Under the pieces are notes generated by a model. The model ran no database searches and was not told the origin of the DNA. It saw nothing but the letters and a program-made list of their open reading frames with translations. From Candidatus Omnitrophica bacterium UBA6215 (GTDB lineage: Bacteria > Omnitrophota > Gorgyraeia > Pluralincolimonadales > Pluralincolimonadaceae): a DNA stretch of 64,000 nucleotides. Where the stretch lies: positions 309,109-373,108 of the forward strand of contig DISH01000004.1 of the NCBI GenBank assembly GCA_002421665.1. The letters are read 5' to 3'. Of the stretch, positions 10,504-19,984 are shown in pieces (within the stretch, counting starts at the first letter, position 1; every line of letters starts with the position of its first letter). The position numbers and the translations under genes were made by a program.

Positions 10504-11775
10504 ATGGGTTATACCATAACTGAAAAAATATTGATGGCCCACTCGGGAAAGAAATCCGTTTCCCCGGGGGATCTTATTGAATGTAAGGTGGACCTTTGCT
10601 TAGGCAACGATATAACTGCGCCTATAGCGATATCGGAGTTCGAGAAGACGGGTCTTGAGAAGGTCTTCGATAACAGGAAGATAGCGCTTGTTCCCGACCA
10701 CTTTGTCCCGGCAAAGGACATTAAGTCAGCCGAACAGCTCAAGGTGCTTAGGGAATTCGCAAGGAAGCACAGGATCGAGCATTATTTCGAGGTCGGCTGC
10801 ATGGGTATCGAACACGCGCTTTTGCCGGAACAGGGGCTTACGATGCCCGGAGACCTTATAATAGGCGCGGATTCGCATACGTGTACTTACGGGGCATTAG
10901 GCGCTTTTTCTACCGGGGTCGGTTCTACAGACCTTGCGGCTGTCTTCGTAAGGGGGAAGCTTTGGTTCAAAGTTCCCGAGTCTATCAGGTTTGTTTTTAA
11001 GGGAAAACTCAATAAATGGGTCGGAGGAAAAGACCTTATACTTTATACCATAGGCGATATCGGTGTTGACGGGGCTTTATACAAAACCATGGAATTCACC
11101 GGAGAAGCGATAGAGCGCCTTCCGATGGACGACCGTTTTGCGATGTGCAACATGGCCATCGAAGCTGGAGGCAAGAACGGGATAATCGCCGCCGACGATA
11201 TCACCTTGAAGTATGTAAGGCAAACGACCAAAAAATCTAAAAGGAAATGGAAGGTCTACAAGAGTGACAAGGATGCCAGTTACTGCGAAGTGAAGGAATA
11301 CGATGTTTCCGGGATAGAACCCATGGTCTCGCTTCCGCCGCTTCCTTCTAACGCCAAACCTGTCAGCCGCGTCAGGGGGATCAGGATAGACCAGTCAGTC
11401 ATAGGTTCATGTACGAACGGGCGGATAAGCGACCTCAGGATTGCTGCCAAGGTACTCAAAGGCAAGAGGGTCCATAAGGACGTACGCTGTATAATCTTCC
11501 CTGCGACCCAGGAGATATATTTACAGGCCATGAAAGAAGGGCTTATCGAGACGTTCGTGAAAGCGGGTTGCGCTGTATCTACGCCTACGTGCGGGCCGTG
11601 TCTCGGCGGCCACATGGGGATCCTTTCGGCGGGCGAGCGCTGCATAGCGACGACCAACAGGAATTTCGTGGGGAGGATGGGCCACCTCAAGTCGGAGGTA
11701 TACCTCTCAAATCCCGCGGTTGCCGCGGCCAGCGCCGTTAAAGGCAGGATAGCGCATCCTGAGGAGGCAGCATGA
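10504..11775 (+). CDS. leuC: 3-isopropylmalate dehydratase large subunit (archaeal-type small LeuC/HACN family)
   Basis: 423 aa aconitase-family large subunit with the CTNGR and CGPC cluster ligand motifs. Followed by the small subunit and the dehydrogenase. Confidence 0.85.
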   Translation: MGYTITEKILMAHSGKKSVSPGDLIECKVDLCLGNDITAPIAISEFEKTGLEKVFDNRKIALVPDHFVPAKDIKSAEQLKVLREFARKHRIEHYFEVGCMGIEHALLPEQGLTMPGDLIIGADSHTCTYGALGAFSTGVGSTDLAAVFVRGKLWFKVPESIRFVFKGKLNKWVGGKDLILYTIGDIGVDGALYKTMEFTGEAIERLPMDDRFAMCNMAIEAGGKNGIIAADDITLKYVRQTTKKSKRKWKVYKSDKDASYCEVKEYDVSGIEPMVSLPPLPSNAKPVSRVRGIRIDQSVIGSCTNGRISDLRIAAKVLKGKRVHKDVRCIIFPATQEIYLQAMKEGLIETFVKAGCAVSTPTCGPCLGGHMGILSAGERCIATTNRNFVGRMGHLKSEVYLSNPAVAAASAVKGRIAHPEEAA

Positions 11776-12260
11776 TAATTAAAGGAAAAACGCACAAATT
11801 CAAGGATGATATAAATACCGATGAGATAATCCCGGCGAAATACCTTTCCCATACGGAACCCGAGGTACTCGGCGAATTCTGCATGGACGGGATAATACCG
11901 GGTTTCTCGAAGGGTATATCCAAGGGAGACATCATAGTTGCCGGCAAGAACTTCGGCTGCGGTTCCAGCAGGGAGCACGCCCCGATATCCATAAAAGGGT
12001 GCGGTATATCCTGCGTTATAGCCGAGGATTTTGCCAGGATATTCTACCGCAACAGCATAAATATCGGCCTTCCCATATTCGAGTGTGCGGAAGCCTCGAA
12101 AGCAATAGAAGAAGGCGACGAAGTGGAAGTCGACGCCTCAACAGGGTTGATCAGGAACCTGACAAGGAGCCGGTCGTATCAGGCGAAGCCCATGCCCGCT
12201 TTTATGCAGGAACTTATCGAAGCGGGAGGGCTCATGAAATGGGTGGTAAAGAAAAAATGA
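11772..12260 (+). CDS. leuD: 3-isopropylmalate dehydratase small subunit
   Basis: 162 aa aconitase swivel-domain protein ([14 protein letters not shown] motif). 4-nt overlap with leuC. Confidence 0.85.
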   Translation: MIIKGKTHKFKDDINTDEIIPAKYLSHTEPEVLGEFCMDGIIPGFSKGISKGDIIVAGKNFGCGSSREHAPISIKGCGISCVIAEDFARIFYRNSINIGLPIFECAEASKAIEEGDEVEVDASTGLIRNLTRSRSYQAKPMPAFMQELIEAGGLMKWVVKKK

Positions 12261-13312
12261 GTGATTATAGGATAGCTGTTATACCGGGGGACGGAACGGG
12301 CCCGGAAGTCGTAAACGAAGGGCTTAAAGTGATTAAAGCCGCGTCGCAGAAGTTCGGGTTCGGATATGAGACGAAGATATTCGATTTCGGGGGAGAGCGT
12401 TATCTGCGGACCGGCAAGACCCTTGAGGACAAGGATATCGAAGAGCTGAAGAAGTACAAAGCGATATTCCTCGGGGCTATCGGGCATCCGGAAGTAAAGC
12501 CCGGGATACTTGAACAGGGAATACTGCTGAAGCTGCGCTTTTCCCTCGACCAGTATATCAACCTTCGCCCGGTTAAATTGTATAACGAGGCATATTGCCC
12601 CCTGAAGGACAAGAAGCCCGAGGATATCGATTTCGTAGTGGTTCGCGAAAATTCCGAAGGTATATATAAGGGCCTGGGCGAGTTCCAAAAGAAGGGGACC
12701 GATGACGAAGTCGCCTTGCAGATATCATACAATACGCGTAAAGGCGTGGAGCGGTGCGTGCGTTATGCTTTTGAATACTGCAGGAAACGCAATAAGCGCA
12801 AGAAGCTTACACTCTGCGGTAAGACCAACGTCCTTACCTACGCATGGGACCTTTGGCAGAGGACTTTTAACGAAGTGGCAAAGGAATACCCGGACATCAC
12901 TACCGATTACGCGCATGTCGATGCCACCACGATGTGGTTCGTCAAGAACCCGGAATGGTTCGACGTCATCGTAACGGATAACATCTTCGGGGATATAATC
13001 ACCGATCTCGGTGCGATGATACAAGGCGGCATGGGTATCGCGGCCGGCGGAAATATCAACCCGAAAGGCGTATCTATGTTCGAGCCTATCGGCGGTTCCG
13101 CTCCCAAGTACACCGGCCGGAACGTAATCAATCCTTTGGCTGCCATATGCGCTGGAGGGATGATGCTCGAGACCCTCGGGGAAACCGATGCGGCTAAAGC
13201 CATAGAGGATGCGGTCATTAAACTGGTCAATACCAAATTGAAATCCCTCGCCGCGGGGAAGATGGGCTATTCGACAAGCGAAATCGGCGATATGGTCGCC
13301 GATATGATATAA
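12257..13312 (+). CDS. leuB: 3-isopropylmalate dehydrogenase (isocitrate/isopropylmalate dehydrogenase family)
   Basis: [20 protein letters not shown]-terminus, then NLRP and VRENSEGIY motifs. I chose the ATG at 12257 (ATGA overlap with the leuD stop) over the ORF-track upstream extension. Confidence 0.85.
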   Translation: MSDYRIAVIPGDGTGPEVVNEGLKVIKAASQKFGFGYETKIFDFGGERYLRTGKTLEDKDIEELKKYKAIFLGAIGHPEVKPGILEQGILLKLRFSLDQYINLRPVKLYNEAYCPLKDKKPEDIDFVVVRENSEGIYKGLGEFQKKGTDDEVALQISYNTRKGVERCVRYAFEYCRKRNKRKKLTLCGKTNVLTYAWDLWQRTFNEVAKEYPDITTDYAHVDATTMWFVKNPEWFDVIVTDNIFGDIITDLGAMIQGGMGIAAGGNINPKGVSMFEPIGGSAPKYTGRNVINPLAAICAGGMMLETLGETDAAKAIEDAVIKLVNTKLKSLAAGKMGYSTSEIGDMVADMI

Positions 13313-13321
13313 GGAAGAAAG

Positions 13322-14353
13322 ATGAAAAAAAAGAACAGGTATAATGTTGCCGTAGTCGGCGTGGGAGTTGTAGGCGTTGAAATGCTGCGCGTCCTTAGCC
13401 AAAGGAACTTCCCTGTCGGCGAGTTGAAGGTGATGGCCCGCAGCGCCAGGGAGATCGAGGTTGACGGCAGAAAATATGCCGTGCAGGCGGTCTCACCCGA
13501 AGGTTTTGAAGGGATGGATATAGCTCTTTTTGCGGGAACGGAAGGCGAGAAAGGGGCTGCGGTCACTTATGCCAAGGAAGCAGCAAAAAGAGGTTGTGTG
13601 GTCATAGATAACGGCGCCGATTTTCGAATGGACCCGGATGTGCCTCTTGTTGTCCCGGAAGTCAACGGCAAGGACGTCAAGAAGCACAAGGGCATAATAG
13701 CCAATCCCAATTGCTCGACTATACAGATGGTCGTGGCCCTTGAACCTATACGCAAAAAGGCCGGCCTTAAGAGGATAATAGTCACTACCCTGCAGGCATC
13801 GTCAGGGGCCGGCAAGAGCGCCGTGGAACAGTTAAAGGCGGAGAATGCCGCCATAGCTGCCGGCGGCTTCAATAACGTACATGTATATACCGAGCGTTCG
13901 ATGCCGCAGCAGCTGGCATACAACGTCTTTCCTCAGATAGGGGGTTTTACCGACTGCGATTATACCAGTGAGGAATGGAAGCTAGTTAAAGAGACCCATA
14001 AGATAATGCATGACGGCAAGATAAAGGTCTCGGCCACGACAGTCCGCGTACCGGTAAGGACCGGCCACTCGGAATCCGTCTATATCGAGACAGCCAAAAC
14101 GATAACTCCCGCTGCCGTAAAGAAACTGCTTTCGAAAGCGCCGGGCATTGTGGTGGTCGACGATCCTGTAAAAGGGCTCTACCCCATGCCTAAGGATGCC
14201 GAGGGAAGGGACGAGACCTTCGTCGGGCGTATACGCCGCGATTGTTTCGTAAAGAACGGCTTGTGGCTTTGGGTTGTCGCGGATAATCTGCGAAAAGGGG
14301 CCGCAACAAATGCCGTGCAGATAGCCGAATGCGTAATATCCTGCTCAAAATAG
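13322..14353 (+). CDS. asd: aspartate-semialdehyde dehydrogenase
   Basis: 343 aa. N-terminal Rossmann AVVGVGVVG and the active-site NPNCSTI motif. Confidence 0.9.
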   Translation: MKKKNRYNVAVVGVGVVGVEMLRVLSQRNFPVGELKVMARSAREIEVDGRKYAVQAVSPEGFEGMDIALFAGTEGEKGAAVTYAKEAAKRGCVVIDNGADFRMDPDVPLVVPEVNGKDVKKHKGIIANPNCSTIQMVVALEPIRKKAGLKRIIVTTLQASSGAGKSAVEQLKAENAAIAAGGFNNVHVYTERSMPQQLAYNVFPQIGGFTDCDYTSEEWKLVKETHKIMHDGKIKVSATTVRVPVRTGHSESVYIETAKTITPAAVKKLLSKAPGIVVVDDPVKGLYPMPKDAEGRDETFVGRIRRDCFVKNGLWLWVVADNLRKGAATNAVQIAECVISCSK

Positions 14354-15072
14354 AATACGACGGTACGGCATATGCCGGATGGCAGACGCAAAGGAACGCG
14401 AGGACCATCCAGGAGACAATAGAAGCCGCGCTCAAACGGTTGACAAACCGCAAAGCGCGGCTTATATCTTGCGGCCGGACCGATTCCGGCGTCCACGCTC
14501 TGGGTCATGTCGCGAATTTCCACACTGACTCGAAGATGCCCGTCAACAGGTTGCAAAGGGCCCTCAACAGTATCCTTCCAAAGGATATAGTAATTAAGTC
14601 ATGCCTTGAAGTCCATTCGGGTTTCCATTCCAGGTTCGATGCTATATCCAAAACATACAGATATACTATCATGAACGGGCCTTCGCCTTCTGCCGTCAGG
14701 AGGGATTTCACGGCCCACATACCTTATAAGCTGAATTTTGCTTTAATGAGGAGAGAGGCCAAAACGCTTATCGGCAGGCACGATTTCAAGTCTTTTCAGG
14801 CTGCCGACAGGATAGAGCGTTCGTCGGTGAGGACCATAAAGAAACTTTCTCTCAGGAAGAAGGGCGAACAGATAGAGATAGATATCGAAGGAGACGGATT
14901 CCTTTATAACATGGTAAGGAACATTGTGGGCACACTGGTGGATATAGGTCGCGGGAAGATACCTGCGGGCAGCATGGTCCGTATACTCAGGGCGAGGGAC
15001 AGGAAAAAAGCCGGGGATACCGCCCAGGCCAGGGGACTTTGTCTTATGGAGGTAATATACCGTAATGGCTGA
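14329..15072 (+). CDS. truA: tRNA pseudouridine(38-40) synthase
   Basis: 247 aa. LKIEYDGTAYAGWQ and GRTDSGVHA catalytic-Asp motif. Confidence 0.9.
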   Translation: MRNILLKIEYDGTAYAGWQTQRNARTIQETIEAALKRLTNRKARLISCGRTDSGVHALGHVANFHTDSKMPVNRLQRALNSILPKDIVIKSCLEVHSGFHSRFDAISKTYRYTIMNGPSPSAVRRDFTAHIPYKLNFALMRREAKTLIGRHDFKSFQAADRIERSSVRTIKKLSLRKKGEQIEIDIEGDGFLYNMVRNIVGTLVDIGRGKIPAGSMVRILRARDRKKAGDTAQARGLCLMEVIYRNG

Positions 15073-16639
15073 ACGCAAGAGGCAGGCTTGGGGCTCCAAG
15101 CTCGGGATAATAATGGCCGTAGCCGGTTCAGCCGTTGGTTTGGGTAATTTTTTGAGGTTCCCTGTCCAGGCTGCGCAGAACGGCGGCGGCGCTTTCATGA
15201 TCCCGTATTTTATATCGCTGCTCCTTTTGGGGATACCTCTTATGTGGGTCGAATGGGCTTTAGGCCGCTATGGCGGCGGATTTGGCCACGGTACCGCTCC
15301 AGGCATATTCCATTCTGTCTGGAGGAAGAACCGTTTCATAAAATATTTCGGCGTGATAGGCATATTTGGTCCGCTAGCCATACTGATATATTATACCTAT
15401 ATTGAATCCTGGACGCTGGCATACAGCTTTTTTGCGCTTACGGGCAAATACGCCGGCGCTACGTCACAGTCTCAGATGCAATCGTTCCTGGGCGCTTTCC
15501 AGGGTCTCGAGAAGAACGAGTATTTCAATTCTATGCAGCCGGCTTACGTATTCTTCCTGATCACCTTTGCACTTAACATATTTGTCATATATTACGGCAT
15601 AAAGGGAGGCATAGAAAAGCTTTGCAGGTTCGCGATGCCCGCGCTCTTCCTGTTCGCAGGATTCATCGCGGTAAGGGTGCTAACGCTGGGAGTGCCCGAT
15701 ATCAGCCATCCGGACTGGAGCTCGCTCAACGGGCTGGGTTTTCTGTGGAACCCCGATCTTTCGACCCTCAAGGATCCCAAGGTCTGGCTCGCAGCTTCAG
15801 GGCAGACCTTCTTTACTTTGAGCGTAGGCATCGGTGTCATATTGACCTATGCCAGTTACCTTAAGAAGACCGATGACGTTACCTTATCCGGATTGACCGC
15901 CGTAAGCATGAACGAATTCGCCGAGGTGATACTCGGGGGAAGCATAGTGATAACTGCCTCATATGTGTTCTTTGGGCCTGTCGGCGCGCAGGATGTGGCG
16001 AAGAGCGGAGCTTTCAACTTGAGTTTTGTCACTATGCCCCTGATATTCGAGAAGATACCCTTAGGAGCGGTATTCGGGTTCCTGTGGTTCATGATGCTTT
16101 TTCTGGCGGGGATAACATCGTCATTGTCGCTTTCGCAGCCGGCTATCGCGTTCCTTGAGGATGAATTCGATATCAGCAGGAAGAAGGCGGTGACTATCTT
16201 TGGCGCCGCAACATTCGTATTATGTCAGCCCTCAATTTTCCTGTTAAGCCGGGGCACTGTAAACGAACTTGATTTCTGGGGAGGGACTTTTTGCCTCGTC
16301 CTTTTTGCCACTATCGAGACTATCCTGTTCACATGGGTCTTCGGAATAGATAAGGCCTGGGAGGAGATGCACCACGGGGCAGAACTCAGGATACCGCGGA
16401 TATACAAGTTCATAATGAGGTTCGTTACGCCGGTATTCCTTATAGCGATCCTCGGGTCGTTCTTTATCTCAAAGGACGGCAGAGATAATATACTTATGGC
16501 GAATGTCTCCGAAGCCGACAGGCCGTATGTACTCGGTACGCGGCTAATGCTGGTCCTTATGATCGCGGTCCTTTCGATAATGGTAAGGATCGCATGGAAG
16601 AAGTCCGAACGCTCCGGAAAAGAGGGGATAAGCAGATGA
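15065..16639 (+). CDS. sodium-dependent transporter, neurotransmitter:sodium symporter (NSS/SNF) family
   Basis: 524 aa, about 12 TM. The N-terminal WGSKLGIIMAVAGSAVGLGNFLRFP motif is diagnostic of NSS transporters. Confidence 0.85.
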   Translation: MAERKRQAWGSKLGIIMAVAGSAVGLGNFLRFPVQAAQNGGGAFMIPYFISLLLLGIPLMWVEWALGRYGGGFGHGTAPGIFHSVWRKNRFIKYFGVIGIFGPLAILIYYTYIESWTLAYSFFALTGKYAGATSQSQMQSFLGAFQGLEKNEYFNSMQPAYVFFLITFALNIFVIYYGIKGGIEKLCRFAMPALFLFAGFIAVRVLTLGVPDISHPDWSSLNGLGFLWNPDLSTLKDPKVWLAASGQTFFTLSVGIGVILTYASYLKKTDDVTLSGLTAVSMNEFAEVILGGSIVITASYVFFGPVGAQDVAKSGAFNLSFVTMPLIFEKIPLGAVFGFLWFMMLFLAGITSSLSLSQPAIAFLEDEFDISRKKAVTIFGAATFVLCQPSIFLLSRGTVNELDFWGGTFCLVLFATIETILFTWVFGIDKAWEEMHHGAELRIPRIYKFIMRFVTPVFLIAILGSFFISKDGRDNILMANVSEADRPYVLGTRLMLVLMIAVLSIMVRIAWKKSERSGKEGISR

Positions 16640-16743
16640 ATGCCTGGGGATGGTTATTCCTGATCTTCTCATGGGGGTTTATAATAGTTCTCGCAGCATT
16701 TTGTTTTTACAAGATATTCTCAAAGAAGTCGGGTTTAGACTAA
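16636..16743 (+). CDS. small single-TM membrane protein (35 aa), candidate NSS-transporter small subunit (MetS-like); not in the ORF track
   Basis: ATG 16636 overlaps the transporter stop (ATGA). It encodes MNAWGWLFLIFSWGFIIVLAAFCFYKIFSKKSGLD, one hydrophobic helix with a basic C-terminus. Small partner ORFs of this type follow many bacterial NSS transporters. Confidence 0.4.
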   Translation: MNAWGWLFLIFSWGFIIVLAAFCFYKIFSKKSGLD

Positions 16744-16750
16744 AATATCC

Positions 16751-16778
16751 TTGACAAAAACATATTTTATGATAAAAT
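16751..16778 (+). promoter_or_regulatory. sigma70-type promoter TTGACA-N16-TAAAAT for rplM-rpsI
   Basis: -35 TTGACA 16751-16756 and -10 TAAAAT 16773-16778, in an AT-rich 77-nt gap upstream of rplM. Confidence 0.5.
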
Positions 16779-16820
16779 TATACCTTCTTAACATTAACCA
16801 AGCAAGGAAGGTCAAATAAG

Positions 16821-17237
16821 ATGGTAAAGGAACAAAAAACGTCGGAGAAATGGTATATTGTGGACGCCGATAACGTCGTCCTCGGAAGGCTTGCAGTGGC
16901 TGTATCGCGCGTGCTTTCCGGAAAGCATAAACCCACGTACCGCAGGGACTTAAATATGGGTGACGGGGTTGTTGTCGTAAATGCTTCAAAGATAAAAGTT
17001 ACCGGGAAGAAGCCGGTCGAAAAAGAATATGACTGGTATTCAGGGTATCCGGGCGGAAGGAAGACGGAGAACCTGGAGTCGCTTCTTAAAAGGAAACCGG
17101 AGTATGTTATAACCCATGCGGTCAAGGGAATGCTTCCTAAGAATAAGGTAGGCAAGAGCGCATTGGGAAGATTGAAAGTGTTCGCGGGCAAAGAGCATGA
17201 CATGTCCGCTCAGAAACCGCAGACCTTGAAGGTCTAA
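16821..17237 (+). CDS. rplM: 50S ribosomal protein L13
   Basis: 138 aa. WYIVDA...VLGRLA N-terminus typical of L13. Conserved rplM-rpsI pair. Confidence 0.95.
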   Translation: MVKEQKTSEKWYIVDADNVVLGRLAVAVSRVLSGKHKPTYRRDLNMGDGVVVVNASKIKVTGKKPVEKEYDWYSGYPGGRKTENLESLLKRKPEYVITHAVKGMLPKNKVGKSALGRLKVFAGKEHDMSAQKPQTLKV

Positions 17238-17250
17238 TCGCAGGAGAGAG

Positions 17251-17646
17251 ATGGAAGCACAGGCTAAATATCAGGGAACAGGCAGGAGAAAAGAATCGAC
17301 GGCAAGGGTGACCTTGAGATCCGGTTCCGGTCAGATACTCGTTAATAACAGGGCCTTGGATGATTATTTCCCCAGGGAAACCCTGAGGATGGTCCTTAAA
17401 GAGCCGCTGGATGCAACGCAGACCGCGGCCAAATACGATATAAAGATCAATGTGGCGGGGGGCGGAGTCTCAAGCCAGGCAGGAGCGGTGCGTCTTGGTA
17501 TCGCTCGCGCCTTGCTTAAGGCCGATTCCAGCTTCCGTTCCGCATTGCGCGGACGCGGGTTATTGACCCGCGATCCCCGTATGAAGGAACGAAAGAAATA
17601 CGGACAAAAAGGAGCACGCAAGCGGTTCCAATGGACTAAACGTTGA
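17251..17646 (+). CDS. rpsI: 30S ribosomal protein S9
   Basis: 131 aa with a C-terminal basic tail ...[16 protein letters not shown] typical of S9. Confidence 0.95.
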   Translation: MEAQAKYQGTGRRKESTARVTLRSGSGQILVNNRALDDYFPRETLRMVLKEPLDATQTAAKYDIKINVAGGGVSSQAGAVRLGIARALLKADSSFRSALRGRGLLTRDPRMKERKKYGQKGARKRFQWTKR

Positions 17647-17668
17647 CGCTTTACATATAAGGCAAAAT

Positions 17669-17720
17669 CACGCCTATTCCGACGGGACTTCGTGCTTGAC
17701 GGAATAGGCGTTTTTATTTT
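17669..17720 (+). terminator. rho-independent terminator after rpsI
   Basis: 11-bp stem CGCCTATTCCG / CGGAATAGGCG (17671-17681 and 17700-17710) followed by TTTTTATTTT. Confidence 0.6.
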
Positions 17721-17725
17721 ATAAT
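17696..17725 (+). promoter_or_regulatory. putative promoter TTGACG-N18-TATAAT embedded in the terminator 3' arm, upstream of argC
   Basis: -35 TTGACG 17696-17701 and a perfect -10 TATAAT 17720-17725. It sits 35 nt upstream of the argC ATG. Confidence 0.35.
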
Positions 17726-17759
17726 CAAATTTCCGGAAGATGAAAGGACCTTAACAAGA

Positions 17760-18788
17760 ATGATTAAAGAGAAACTGAAAGTAGCTATAGTAGGCGCGAC
17801 GGGTTATGCCGGCTGCGAGCTGATAAGGATCCTGCTGAGGCATCCTGATGTATGTATCTCTTCCGTAAGCAGGAGGCTCGAGGGTTCCGAAAAGATCTCC
17901 GATATCTTTCCGGTCTTCAGGGGCCGGTTGGACCTTCCCTGCGAGAATGTTGACGTGCCTTCAATATGCAAGGCCGCGGATTTCATATTTTTGGCTTTAC
18001 CGCATAAGGTTTCCATGTCATTCGTTCCCGGTTTTCTTAAGGCCGGGAAGAAGGTCGTTGACCTGAGCGCCGATTACAGGCTCAAGGATACGGCTGAATA
18101 CGAAAAGTGGTATGGGGTGAAACATACGAGTCCCGAATTGCTGGGCAGTGCCGTATACGGCCTTCCGGAGGTCAACAAGCAAAAAATAGCCTCGGCAAAG
18201 CTGGTCGCAAACCCGGGCTGTTATCCGACAGGAAGTCTGTTGGGAATAATACCTCTCCTGGACGGAAAGTTTATTGACAGCGGCGGTATAATCATTGATG
18301 CTAAATCGGGAGCCACGGGCGCGGGCAGGACGCCGGCGGTGAGCCTGCTTTTTGCGGAAGTCAATGAAAACCTTAAGGCTTATAAGGTCAATCGGCACCA
18401 GCATATGCCTGAGATTGACCAGGAGCTTTCGGGGGTATCGGGAAGCGCGGTCGAAGTTGTTTTTACTCCGCACCTTGTCCCCATGAACAGGGGCATACTC
18501 TCGACCATATATATGACTTTGAGCAAAAATATGGACACCTCTTCGGCCTTGGAAGTGTTCAAGGGATACTATAAAGATATGCCTTTCGTAAGGGTGCTCG
18601 CGGAAAACATTTTCCCGGAGACTAAAGACGTCCTGGGCACCAATTTTTGCGATATCGGGATAAAAGTGACGGGCAGGAGGGTTATAGTCGTTACCGCAAT
18701 AGACAACCTGTATAAAGGCGCTTCTTCGCAGGCGGTACACAACATGAACCTAATGGAGGGTTTTGACGAAAGGGCAGGTCTGGCCTAA
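17760..18788 (+). CDS. argC: N-acetyl-gamma-glutamyl-phosphate reductase
   Basis: 342 aa. N-terminal VAIVGATGYAGCEL and the active-site GCYPT motif. Confidence 0.9.
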   Translation: MIKEKLKVAIVGATGYAGCELIRILLRHPDVCISSVSRRLEGSEKISDIFPVFRGRLDLPCENVDVPSICKAADFIFLALPHKVSMSFVPGFLKAGKKVVDLSADYRLKDTAEYEKWYGVKHTSPELLGSAVYGLPEVNKQKIASAKLVANPGCYPTGSLLGIIPLLDGKFIDSGGIIIDAKSGATGAGRTPAVSLLFAEVNENLKAYKVNRHQHMPEIDQELSGVSGSAVEVVFTPHLVPMNRGILSTIYMTLSKNMDTSSALEVFKGYYKDMPFVRVLAENIFPETKDVLGTNFCDIGIKVTGRRVIVVTAIDNLYKGASSQAVHNMNLMEGFDERAGLA

Positions 18789-19984
18789 TGAAGATTATAA
18801 AAGGGTCAGTCGCTGCACCTAAGGGTTTTTTTGCTTCCGGCATACATTGCGGGATCAAAAAGAAGGGTCTCGACCTTGCGCTTATATTCTCGGGAGTGCC
18901 CGCGGTTGCCGCCGGCGTCTGGACAACGAATTCGGTAAAGGCAGCCCCGGTCCTTTTGACCGAGGCGAACCTGAAGGACTCCTGTGCCCAGGCGATAATC
19001 GCCAATAGCGGTAACGCGAATTGCATGAACGGAAAAGCAGGGGTGGAATGGGCAAAGCAGACTGCCGCGTCAGTTTCCGGCGCTTTGTGCATCGACACGG
19101 ATGACGTTCTCGTAGCTTCGACGGGTATAATAGGCAAGCCGTTGCCCGCGGCGAAGATAATAGGGGCCGTCCCACAATTGGCGAAATCCTTGAGCAGGAA
19201 CGGCGGGATAATGGCGGCAAAAGCCATAATGACAACCGACCTTGTTGTCAAGGAGGTTGCCGCATCGTTATCGATAGCCGGGAAGACGGTCAGGATAGGC
19301 GCTATAGCCAAGGGCTCGGGAATGATATACCCGAACATGGCAACGATGCTCTGTTTTATCACTACCGATGCCTATATCGAGTCGGCTGCACTTAAGGCTT
19401 CGCTAAAGGCGGCTACTGAAAAATCTTTCAACATGGTGACGGTTGACGGCGATATGAGCACGAACGATACGGTTCTGCTGCTTGCTAACGGCATGGCCAT
19501 GAATCCCCTGATAAGGAAAGGTTCCCCGGACTACATGAAGTTTTGTTCGGCGTTGGATTTTTTGATGATCTCATTGGCGAAATCGGTTGCCAGGGACGGA
19601 GAAGGCGCTTCCAAGTTCATCGAGGTTAATGTAACGGGCGCTAAGAGCACGGATGAAGCCAGGAAGGTTGCCATGGAGATAGCGAATTCGAACCTTGTAA
19701 AGACAGCGGTGGCCGGAGAGGACCCTAATGTAGGCAGGATAGCCTCTTCAGCAGGGGCTTCAGGCGTTAAATTTGACGCGTCGAAACTGAATATATCCCT
19801 TAACGGGGTAAGAGTGGTGTGTTCGGGGTCGGCAAGGTCCGAACTCAGGGCCGCGGCCAAAAAGCAGATGAAGAAAAAGGAGGTCCTCATAGGGGTGGAC
19901 CTCGGATCCGGGAAAGCGTCTGCTACCGCATGGACATGCGACCTCACCGAAAGGTATATTAAGATAAATGCAAGGTATAATTAG
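18788..19984 (+). CDS. argJ: bifunctional glutamate N-acetyltransferase / amino-acid acetyltransferase
   Basis: 398 aa. ATMLCFITTDAYI self-cleavage site with the nucleophilic Thr. Confidence 0.9.
   Translation: MKIIKGSVAAPKGFFASGIHCGIKKKGLDLALIFSGVPAVAAGVWTTNSVKAAPVLLTEANLKDSCAQAIIANSGNANCMNGKAGVEWAKQTAASVSGALCIDTDDVLVASTGIIGKPLPAAKIIGAVPQLAKSLSRNGGIMAAKAIMTTDLVVKEVAASLSIAGKTVRIGAIAKGSGMIYPNMATMLCFITTDAYIESAALKASLKAATEKSFNMVTVDGDMSTNDTVLLLANGMAMNPLIRKGSPDYMKFCSALDFLMISLAKSVARDGEGASKFIEVNVTGAKSTDEARKVAMEIANSNLVKTAVAGEDPNVGRIASSAGASGVKFDASKLNISLNGVRVVCSGSARSELRAAAKKQMKKKEVLIGVDLGSGKASATAWTCDLTERYIKINARYN

Noticed and set aside
11999-12256. N-terminal extension of the leuB ORF (the track starts at 11999 inside leuD)
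   Set aside because: The extension is Arg-rich out-of-frame read-through of leuD. The conserved IPMDH N-terminus ([15 protein letters not shown]) begins at ATG 12257, which overlaps the leuD stop.
17721-17759. ARG box (ArgR operator) upstream of argC
   Set aside because: No TNTGAAT-N4-ATTCANW-like palindrome is visible in the 40 nt before argC, so no operator is claimed.
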